From positions 4,032,001 to 4,096,000 of the forward strand of contig OZ001293.3 of assembly GCA_963921275.4 (NCBI GenBank): a DNA stretch of 64,000 bases, read 5' to 3'. The notes under the pieces were generated by a model. The model ran no database searches, was not told where the DNA came from, and saw only the letters and a program-made list of their open reading frames with translations. The stretch's first letter is position 1, and each line of letters opens with the position of its first letter. Below, piece after piece: positions 55,905-64,000 of this stretch. The stretch is from an uncultured Hormoscilla sp. (GTDB lineage Bacteria > Cyanobacteriota > Cyanobacteriia > Cyanobacteriales > Desertifilaceae). A program made the translations under genes and the position numbers.

Positions 55905-56900
55905 ATGTTTATTAACTGTGCCACACAACACCGCAAGACAAGGGGAGGTCGATTAATCCTTGCCTTTAGCCTGAGTCTTCTGAGTCTATATCTTCAGGAT
56001 GGGACGACCCTAGCAGCAGTTCCGTCCCAAGCGATCGCCTAAACTTCGACTGGGTTAACTGTCTCTTCAGTTGACGCCCAAGGGCTGCACCAGAGGGTGG
56101 CCCAACTTTCACAGCCTGCTCCAAAACCGACTGGTACTTTTTTACAAGGTCAAGTGACCTCTGTCAACCAGCTCGTAGATGTACGGCCCACAGACTGGGC
56201 TTTTCAAGCTCTTCAGTCTTTAGTCGAGCGCTATAGCGCGATCGCGGGCTATCCCAACGGCCTGTTTGGAGGCAACCGAGCCATCACCCGTTACGAGTTT
56301 GCTGCTGGACTGAACTCAGCCCTCGATCGCATTAACGAACTGATCGCCGCAGGTCTAGCAGAGCGAATCGCTCGGGAAGATGTGGTAGTATTGCAGCGAC
56401 TCCAGGAGGAATTCGCGGCTGAATTAGCGACCTGGCGTGGGCGAGTAGACGCCCTTGAAGCCCGTACTGCCGAGTTAGAAGCGAATCAGTTTTCGACTAC
56501 TACCGTTCTCAAGGGTCTACTCGTCCTTGCTATTAATCAGGGAGGGTTTGCGGGCGATCGCATTTTGAGTGCGACAGGGGCAGAAATTACCACCGACGAT
56601 CCCAATGCCACAATTCTCTATCGAGCTTCTCTGAACTTCAACACCAGCTTTACTGGCACGGACCTGCTGAGAATTATCTTAGATTTCGCTAGCAATGGTC
56701 CTTTTGATAATGTCGCAGGAGTTCTAGAGCCTAGCTTTGGCAGCATTTTGGGCTTCACTGTTAAACCCCCCACAACACAGGCCCTCAGTCGGCTGCACTA
56801 CGATTTTACCCCCTTGAAGGACTTGAGGGTTTCTCTCGGTCCCGCGATCGTGTCTACAGACTACATCGATCGCAATAGCTACGCTAAATGGAGAATGTAA
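55905..56900 (+). pseudogene. SLH-domain/OprB-type (iron uptake) porin, internal stop and 3' truncation
   Basis: QVTSVNQLVDVRPTDWAFQALQSLVERY, RYEFAAGL, QFSTTT; stop at 56040-56042 after the signal region; barrel incomplete. Confidence 0.85.
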
Positions 56901-57066
56901 TCTATAGCCGAGATGTTTTAGCTAAGTGTTGCGAAGAAACTCAGGTGGTGGGAGAGTTGTAAGTTGCTAATCCTAAATCAGTTCTAGAGTCAAAACCAGA
57001 TTCACAAGCTGCTTTAGAATTTGAAGCCCTAGGCGAAGAAGTCTTACAGAAAATCGGAATGGATGC

Positions 57067-57357
57067 ATGCAAAAATTAATGCCTTCACTTATTGCGGTCA
57101 AAAAAATTAAATCCCAGGAGCCTCGCGATCGCTTTCCCGCAGAAGATTTAGAAAGTGCCGCACAACTGAGTTTAGCAGCTAGCGGGTTGATTAATCCGAT
57201 TATCCTGCGCCGCACCAGTTTGCAATCCTACGAAGTGGTTGATGGGCATTTTGAATACTATATTGCAGTCAGGGCCAGAGAAATAGATCCCCGCAAAGGT
57301 GAGACGATCGGGGCATTTATTCTGGAACCGTCCAATTCCGAAGCGATTCTAGAATAA
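57067..57357 (+). pseudogene. ParB/Srx N-terminal-like protein, probably truncated
   Basis: GLINPIILRR, YEVVDGHFEY. Confidence 0.65.
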
Positions 57358-57840
57358 ATAAAAGCACTCAGACAGGAAGGAAAGAAAGTGGATATTCCCC
57401 CAGTTCATCCGCCGGAACATTCGATGGAAACGGTTACAGAAATGGCAGTGACTGCTTTAAGTGAGGAAATCAAACAGATTAAATGTTTGGTGAAAATCTG
57501 GAAACCCGTTTTCAGGAGAATGTCGAATTTCTGACTCAAAAAATTGAAACTACCTCGGTCGAGCAAAATCTTTTCGTGGGGATAGAAAAACTTTTCGATC
57601 GCCAACTATAGGCCCTTCGCAATGAAGTTAAGACAGGAAGCGAGTCGCTGCTACTTCAAAAACCAGCTATCGGAAGATGACAGTTGGCGAACTCAAAGCA
57701 TTGGCGAAAAAGCAAGGGATAAGCGGTTATTCTCGCATGAAAAAGCCGATCTCCGTAATAAAAAATGTGTCACCAGAATGCTAAATAGCATCGCCCCTTG
57801 ACAAGAACCAAAATTTAGGATAGAATAGAATTAGGACTAG

Positions 57841-58059
57841 ATGAGGTATGGAGAAATGGAGAAGTACATATTGCTGCGCATCAAATCCATTCAAAGAGAA
57901 TTGGATGAATTAAGAAAGATCCTGGAACGGAAGGTAGAAGGGAAGCCGCCGCGCCAGATAAAATTAGAAGGATTGTGGGCGGGCCTTGAGGTGACAGATG
58001 AGGAATTAGAGGAGGCGAAGCGGGAGGTTTTTCGAGATGCTTATCAACTAAAAGAGTGA
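57841..58059 (+). CDS. Putative antitoxin
   Basis: Small ORF directly upstream of a PIN toxin; LEGLWAG..EELEEAKRE. Confidence 0.7.
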   Translation: MRYGEMEKYILLRIKSIQRELDELRKILERKVEGKPPRQIKLEGLWAGLEVTDEELEEAKREVFRDAYQLKE

Positions 58060-58064
58060 GGTAA

Positions 58065-58463
58065 ATGATGGAAGTTTATGTAGTCGATAGTCATGCTTTA
58101 CTCTGGTTCCTGACTCGAAACCAAAAATTATCACCGGTGGCAAGGCAAATTCTCAAACAAGCTGAAATTGGAGAGGTTATGGCTTTCGTCCCCACCATAG
58201 TTTTAGCTGAACTTGACAACATTGTTCGCAAGAAAAACCTGGGAATTACTATTGAGGAAATACTCGACCGAATTGCACAAGGTGATGGGTTGGAGATCGC
58301 GGCCTTCGACTTAACTGTTTTCCAGACAGTGCTGAGATTACCACAAAATTGGGAAATTCACGATCGAATAATTGCAGCTACAGCCCTTTACTTGGAAGCA
58401 AAGCTGATTACAAGAGATGAAGTTTTGCGAAATGCGGATGAACTGGAAACAGCATGGGACTGA
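58065..58463 (+). CDS. vapC: PIN-domain (VapC) toxin
   Basis: VVDSHALLW, IVLAE, IHDRIIAATA, LITRD. Confidence 0.88.
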   Translation: MMEVYVVDSHALLWFLTRNQKLSPVARQILKQAEIGEVMAFVPTIVLAELDNIVRKKNLGITIEEILDRIAQGDGLEIAAFDLTVFQTVLRLPQNWEIHDRIIAATALYLEAKLITRDEVLRNADELETAWD

Positions 58464-58748
58464 GGCAAAATATATCAGTTTTCACCTGTATGAGGTACAG
58501 CCTAAACAATGCCTGACCAGTGATAGCCGATGATTATGAACCTGCGCTAGCGGTTAAACCCCTGGCAAGGGTCCAGCAGCAGGGTTGAAACCACTGGCAA
58601 CAGGTAAGGACGAATCTCTGGGAAGTATCTGCTTGACATGGAACAGAATGATGTGTTTAAGTTAGTAGAGGTTAGACTTGTTTGGCGGCCCAAAGGCTTC
58701 AGGCGAGCAGTATGGCGATCGCGATGGGACTGGCGACGAAGCCTTGCC

Positions 58749-58829
58749 GGTAGTGGTCAAGATGTAGTGATTTGACTGCGGGGAGCCCTGGGTTTCAGCG
58801 GCTAAAATCACGACTTGTGACGCACTACC
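58749..58829. mobile_element. Short IS1-like MITE
   Basis: GGTAGTGGTCAAG...GACGCACTACC termini; second copy at ~28602-28683. Confidence 0.65.
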
Positions 58830-59001
58830 CACGGTTTCTCGAACCAAATTTAAGTAGGTGGACAAAAATATTTACACATTCCTACGTTGGCTTAACTGCG
58901 ATGGTGGTGGGCGGTGCCCACCCTACGTTTCTCGAAACCAAATTTATTGGAGCAATCCGCGCTCAGTGGGCTCCAGATTAATGATAAAAAGGATTCTCTA
59001 A

Positions 59002-59613
59002 ATGGCTGATTTTTGGCATAATTGTAATTCGCAAACCTGTATGGGTCTTCCAGAAATTTCAGGCAGGCAGCGTTTTCGGTTGGGTGTGATGTTGGTGGCA
59101 ATCTTGCTATTTGCGATCGTGGAATGGTTGGCAGGGTACTGGAGTCATAGCCTGGCCCTGCGATCGGATGCTTGGCACATGGTTGCAGATTCGGGCGCCA
59201 TTTTACTGGCTTTAAGTGCGAGTTTGTTGATGCGCTTGGCCAATGTTGGTCGCCTACCAGGACAGCCTCGCTTGGATGCGATCGCGGCTTTTTTGAATAG
59301 CCTGGCATTGATTCTGATGGCGGGATTGATCGCTACTGAAGCGATTCAGCACTTGATAGAACCTCCACAGCAGATCCTGAGTGGACCAATGTTTGTGACC
59401 GCAGCGAGCGGCCTTGCTATTAATGCGATCGGGATTGTGATGCTGCATGAAAATAGCCAAAATAATCTGAATGTGCGGGGGGCTTTTCTACATATGTTAG
59501 CAGATTTAGTCAGTTCCGTGGGAGTCATGGTCGCGGCGCTCGCCATTTATCTGTTCCAATGCTTTTGGTTAGATGGTGCGATCGGCTTACTCATCTCCCT
59601 ATTCATTGCTTAA
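59002..59613 (+). pseudogene. Cation diffusion facilitator (CzcD-like), premature stop
   Basis: SLALRSDAWHMVAD, NVRGAFLHMLAD; TAA at 59611 within the last TM, with the frame continuing SAIPLLK... Confidence 0.8.
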
Positions 59614-59725
59614 AGTGCCATTCCTTTGCTAAAGTTAAGCAGGGAACAATGGAACAAGCCATCACTTCCTTTCAATAGCTTGATGATGCCAGAGATTGGT
59701 CGAACAAATATTGCGGATTTGATCG

Positions 59726-60931
59726 TTGATACGCCCTCTAAAAATACCGATAGTGAAAATAAAACATCACAATAACTCAGAACTATGTCGGGAGATCGCG
59801 CAACGCATCGCCGAAACTCCCCAAAATCGGATTACATTTGCGGAGTACATGGATTTAGTGCTATATCACCTCCAGCAAGGTTATTATAGCAGTAACCAAG
59901 TCAAGATCGGCAAGCAGGGAGACTTTTTTACTTCCGCAAATCTCGGTGCGGACTTAGGGGAACTCTTAGCAGTCCAATTTGCCGAAATGTGGGAGATCCT
60001 AGCACGACCAACTCCTTTTATCTTAGTGGAAATGGGTGCCGGGGAAGGACTAATGGCCGCCGATATCTTACAATACCTTCAGCAAAAGCATCCAGACTGC
60101 TTGGCGGTACTGGAATACACGATCGTGGAAAAAGCAACAGGGTTGTCCGCAACACAACAGCAACGCTTGCAAAACTGGCCGGGGGAGAAAGTTCGCTGGT
60201 GCAGTTGGGAGGAAATTCCGCCCAACTCGGTGACTGGCTGTTTTTTCTGTAATGAATTGCTTGACGCCTTCCCCGTCCATCAGATTATCAGAGAAAATGG
60301 ACAGCCCAGAGAAATTTATGTTACCATTGGCCAGGACGATCGGTTTGTGGAAGTCATCGGCGAACTTTCCACCCCCCAGCTAGAAGCATATTTGGCATTA
60401 GTCGGAATTAACTTAACAGGAGATAATTACCCAGAAGGTTATCGCAGCGAGGTCAATCTCGCAGCATTAGACTGGGTAAAGACAGTAGCATCTTCCTTAA
60501 GGCGGGGATATCTGCTGGCGATCGACTATGGTTACAGGGCCGATCGATACTATCACCCCCAGAGGAGTTCGGGCACCTTACAATGCTACTATCGCCACCA
60601 GCGCCATCACAATCCTTATCTAAATGTAGGACATCAAGATATCACGGCTCATGTAGATTTTACGGCCCTGGAGCGCCAAGGCCAATTGAGCGGCCTGGAA
60701 AAACTGGGTTTTACCCAACAGGGATTATTTCTCATGGCTCTCGGATTGGGAGATCGCCTGCATGGACTCTCTACTGCTAAGATGGGGAGAGAACAAGTAT
60801 TGCAGCGTCGCGATGCCCTCCACCAGTTGATAGACCCAATGGGATTGGGCGGTTTTGGGGTTTTGGTCCAGACTAAGGGACTCTCTGAAGTGGAAAAGGC
60901 GCGATCGCTCCTGGGTTTAAGCATACCTTAA
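59726..60931 (+). CDS. MidA/NDUFAF7-family SAM-dependent methyltransferase
   Basis: ITFAEYM, GDFFTS, EMGAGEG, NELLDAFP, IDYGY, QDITAHVDF. Confidence 0.92.
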   Translation: MIRPLKIPIVKIKHHNNSELCREIAQRIAETPQNRITFAEYMDLVLYHLQQGYYSSNQVKIGKQGDFFTSANLGADLGELLAVQFAEMWEILARPTPFILVEMGAGEGLMAADILQYLQQKHPDCLAVLEYTIVEKATGLSATQQQRLQNWPGEKVRWCSWEEIPPNSVTGCFFCNELLDAFPVHQIIRENGQPREIYVTIGQDDRFVEVIGELSTPQLEAYLALVGINLTGDNYPEGYRSEVNLAALDWVKTVASSLRRGYLLAIDYGYRADRYYHPQRSSGTLQCYYRHQRHHNPYLNVGHQDITAHVDFTALERQGQLSGLEKLGFTQQGLFLMALGLGDRLHGLSTAKMGREQVLQRRDALHQLIDPMGLGGFGVLVQTKGLSEVEKARSLLGLSIP

Positions 60932-60994
60932 GGCAGCCGCCTGATCGCGCCTTGCTAGAATTGTAGTTGTAGAATCTGCTATAGTGGGGGAAAG

Positions 60995-61300
60995 ATGAAT
61001 AATAAAGACGATCGGGAATGGCAGCGCAAGCTCCAACAAATGGAAGCCCAAATAAATTCCCAGTTCTCGCCAGAGTTGAAGAGCAAGGTTTCGAGGATGT
61101 CTGAGAAATTAGTCAGCTGGTATCGAGAATTGCCTAGCGTCGGCAAGTTTGCAGTCATTGGCGCGGCGCTATTCATGGGGTTGACAGTCTTGAATATGTT
61201 CGTGCATCTGATGGCCAGTCTGGTGAGTATGGCCTTTCTAGCAGTCCTAGTTTACATAGTCTACAAGATTTTCTTGGCAGATAATCCATCGTCAAATTAA
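60995..61300 (+). CDS. Hypothetical membrane protein
   Basis: Coiled-coil N-terminus plus two TM helices. Confidence 0.7.
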   Translation: MNNKDDREWQRKLQQMEAQINSQFSPELKSKVSRMSEKLVSWYRELPSVGKFAVIGAALFMGLTVLNMFVHLMASLVSMAFLAVLVYIVYKIFLADNPSSN

Positions 61301-61308
61301 AGACTCTT

Positions 61309-61390
61309 AAGCGCTCAAGCGCTTACTACGAACGGGGAAGCGCTCAAGCGCTTACTACGAACGGGGAAGCGCTCAAGCGCTTACTACGAA
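61309..61390. repeat. 29-bp tandem repeat x~3 with palindrome AAGCGCTCAAGCGCTT
   Basis: Units at 61309, 61338 and 61367. Confidence 0.92.
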
Positions 61391-61446
61391 AGGGTATTGA
61401 CAAAGGGGAAATTTTTAGCTACCAAGAGAAAAATATAGACAGACCT

Positions 61447-63567
61447 ATGGCAAGCCCCACCGTGACGACCGGCAAAAACCAACCAGATAAACCCCTCCTG
61501 CGCATCCCGAAACCGCCACTTGCCATCAGACGACTCGGTGCTTGGGTGGTGGAAGTCTCCCTACTCGCAGCTACGGGTGTGGTTCCTTTCAAACTCGGGG
61601 AGTATACTAGGGTTCACTTCACCTCAGAACAAGTCCCCCTTAATCCTGTCCTGGTCTCAACATCCGAGGCAATCGCCCAAACTCTAGCACAGCCGGTCAC
61701 TTCCCGGGAGCGCCAAGTATCCCCCCTCACTAACTTATTTTGGTCTGTAGCTCTGGCCACGCCGATACTCCTGGCTAGCTGGCAACTGTTCTTACTCAGC
61801 ACGACTGGTCAAACATCCCCCAAGCGCTGGTTCGGCGTCCGGGTCATCGCTGCTAGCGGCGAACATCCAGGTATAATTAGAGCATTTGTCCGGGAAGCGA
61901 TCGGACGCTGGGGATTGCCGGTAGGCACGGCCTATGCGATCTGGCGCTACAGTGGAGCCTTTCCTAACCTGGAAATATTAGCAGGGGTGGTCGGAGTATT
62001 CATGCTGGTAGAAGCCCTCAGCGGTCCCTTAAACCGTCACCGACGGGCAATGCATGATCGCCTAGCTGATACTTACGTGGTTTCCGAACAGGTTGTGATC
62101 GCTCCTGATGATGATAGTATGACAGAGGCGATCGTCCTGACACCAGAGTCCATCAGTAGCAGGCGGAGTCTGTGGAACTGGATGCGCCAACACCCGGGGA
62201 TGACTTTACTGATAGTCTCCGTCGCGGGGATGACATCCGTCTTAGGAACCTTCGTCGGGACTCAGATCTATATCCAAAGTCAAGAAAGTCTCCGAGAGTT
62301 TCGCCGCCGAAACGACCAAGTCTATCTGCAACTGGTTGATAAGTTAAATCCAGATTCGCCACAAGCAGCAGCGGAGCGACGGGAAGCAATTATCGCACTC
62401 GGCACCATCGACGACCCCCGAGCCCTGCAATTTTTAGTCGATCTACTGCTGCAAGAACATTCCCTTAAAAACATCGACGCCGTTCAACAAGCTTTATTCA
62501 GTAGCGGACCTGGGGCCCTCCCCTACCTCCAACGCGCTAATCAAGCTCTCTTAAATGATATTGCTGCTATTAAACCCGGTAGCAACAGGCAACAGCAAAA
62601 AATTCTCCAACTCCGACTGCGGGCCACTAAACAGGCGATCGCGAAAATCCTCAATATTTATAGCGATCGCACTCACGATGCCGATCTGAGTCGGGCACAC
62701 CTAGGAAAAACCAGGGATCCGATGCCCTTCACCCTGATCCTGGACCAAACCGATCTATCGGGAATTAACTTCCGAGGAGCGATCCTCTCCAATGCCAGTT
62801 TCAAATATAGTCGCTTCTATGGAGCAGGAGCAGACGAGCACCTAGGAACCTTCGATGATTGGATAGCGGACCTCAGCGGTGCCAACCTGCAAGACTCTAA
62901 CTTGAGCGGCGCGGTGCTACAGAACGTAGACATCATTCGTACCAACCTGATCCGTGCCAAGCTCAACCAAGCTAACCTCAAGGGCGCGCGCTTGAACGGC
63001 GCTAACCTCAGCAGTGCCCAATTAATAGGAGCATCTTTAGAAAAAGCAGTCTTAGAAAATGCCAAACTCACGGGGGCCGATCTAGACGAGACCAACCTAG
63101 AATGGGCGAATTTAAGCGGCGCGAGGATGGTACAAGTGAAAGGGGTAGCTGCTAAGTTCAAATTTGCGGACTTGAGCAAAACGGAGTGGCAAGGAGCAGA
63201 CCTGTCTGGGGCAGACTTGAGTAATACGAAACTGGAAAATGCTGACCTGAACGCGGCGAAGCTGACTGGCGCTAACATGAGCAAGGCGGTGCTAAAGAAT
63301 GTGAGTCTGCGGAATGCGGACATAACACTTGTAGATTTCCGGGGCGCAACCCTGACGGAAGTTGATTTTAAGGGAGCAATTTTTGCTGACCCGAATATTT
63401 CGGTAGAAGAGATTTCTCAGGAGATGGAATTCCTGAAAAAAGCACCTGCTGGTTCGACAGCAGCTCTTTTGAGTGGGGTGGACTTCACCAATGCCAAAAA
63501 TTTAGATGCGAATCAACTCAGCTATATTTGTTCAAAAGGGGCGATTCATCCCCAATGTCCTCTATAA
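61447..63567 (+). CDS. RDD + HEAT + pentapeptide-repeat protein
   Basis: RRLGAWVVE..GQTSPKRWFG..AMHDRLADT; AIIALG HEAT; many A(N/D)LxG repeats. Confidence 0.88.
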   Translation: MASPTVTTGKNQPDKPLLRIPKPPLAIRRLGAWVVEVSLLAATGVVPFKLGEYTRVHFTSEQVPLNPVLVSTSEAIAQTLAQPVTSRERQVSPLTNLFWSVALATPILLASWQLFLLSTTGQTSPKRWFGVRVIAASGEHPGIIRAFVREAIGRWGLPVGTAYAIWRYSGAFPNLEILAGVVGVFMLVEALSGPLNRHRRAMHDRLADTYVVSEQVVIAPDDDSMTEAIVLTPESISSRRSLWNWMRQHPGMTLLIVSVAGMTSVLGTFVGTQIYIQSQESLREFRRRNDQVYLQLVDKLNPDSPQAAAERREAIIALGTIDDPRALQFLVDLLLQEHSLKNIDAVQQALFSSGPGALPYLQRANQALLNDIAAIKPGSNRQQQKILQLRLRATKQAIAKILNIYSDRTHDADLSRAHLGKTRDPMPFTLILDQTDLSGINFRGAILSNASFKYSRFYGAGADEHLGTFDDWIADLSGANLQDSNLSGAVLQNVDIIRTNLIRAKLNQANLKGARLNGANLSSAQLIGASLEKAVLENAKLTGADLDETNLEWANLSGARMVQVKGVAAKFKFADLSKTEWQGADLSGADLSNTKLENADLNAAKLTGANMSKAVLKNVSLRNADITLVDFRGATLTEVDFKGAIFADPNISVEEISQEMEFLKKAPAGSTAALLSGVDFTNAKNLDANQLSYICSKGAIHPQCPL

Positions 63568-63606
63568 TTTGAATTAAGAAACCAGGTTTCTGGGTTACGA
63601 TTGCCC

Positions 63607-64000
63607 TTAGCGTGACTCAACCTCCGACAACCAATTCAACAAATCCTCCAGACTGTTGAACTCGAAAATATCCTCGATTAATGCTTCCAAATCTGACAGC
63701 GACAAACTTTCAACTTGACTGTTGATTTCCGCTGTCAATTCTCCAAATCGCTTTTTGAGCAGACGCATTGCCAAAGCGCACGCTTCATCAATAATACCTT
63801 CTTCGCGCCCTTCTGCACGGCCTTCTTCGCGCCCTTCTGCACGGCTTTCTTCCAATGCTTCTTTCCGTGCTTCCTCTCTTGCATACTGTATCCGCCCTAT
63901 CTCATCTTGCCACTGAATGGCGCGACGATTTACTGCCTCTGCTTCTTCCGGTGTCATGTTCGCTAGCTTTGCTATCCTTGAGGCTTTTTCTATTGCTGCA
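63607..64000 (-). CDS. Rpn-family nuclease C-terminus with DUF4351 (partial, runs off the window)
   Basis: GREEG repeats, RLLKKRFG, LEALIEDIFEFNSLEDLLNWL; frame open to the window end. Confidence 0.8.
   Translation of the reverse strand, partial: AAIEKASRIAKLANMTPEEAEAVNRRAIQWQDEIGRIQYAREEARKEALEESRAEGREEGRAEGREEGIIDEACALAMRLLKKRFGELTAEINSQVESLSLSDLEALIEDIFEFNSLEDLLNWLSEVESR

Noticed and set aside
61309..61390. Possible mini-CRISPR
   Set aside because: 29-bp units are directly adjacent with no spacers.

Overview
Cyanobacterial chromosomal window. HIP1 octamers (GCGATCGC) are dense, and it carries psbEFLJ, ycf48, rubA, ndhCKJ, ndhH, sigA, rsmH, cysH and a GyrA/ParC-family gene. Core photosynthesis and housekeeping genes are intact. 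Many accessory genes are frameshifted, truncated or interrupted. Intergenic DNA is crowded with REP-like palindromes, several MITE families, IS5/ISL2, IS5/IS427-like and ISKra4 remnants, and three group II intron derivatives (one complete but ORF-less). The main feature is a ~10.3 kb minus-strand orphan biosynthetic operon (39923-50218). It encodes three Rieske oxygenases, a ferredoxin, two ferritin-like diiron enzymes (one resembling the CylC/AurF family), a sterol-desaturase-family protein, a hexapeptide acyltransferase, a GH3-family ligase and a GNAT-like protein. It has no ACP, FAAL, PKS or NRPS, and three of its genes are disrupted. A second candidate system is a divergent locus with a Ser/Thr kinase-RDD gene, an FHA gene and an FHA-flavoprotein gene (15682-21718). 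A ~26-bp internal palindrome recurs in unrelated MITE families. All calls come from motif recognition by eye; no database searches were run.
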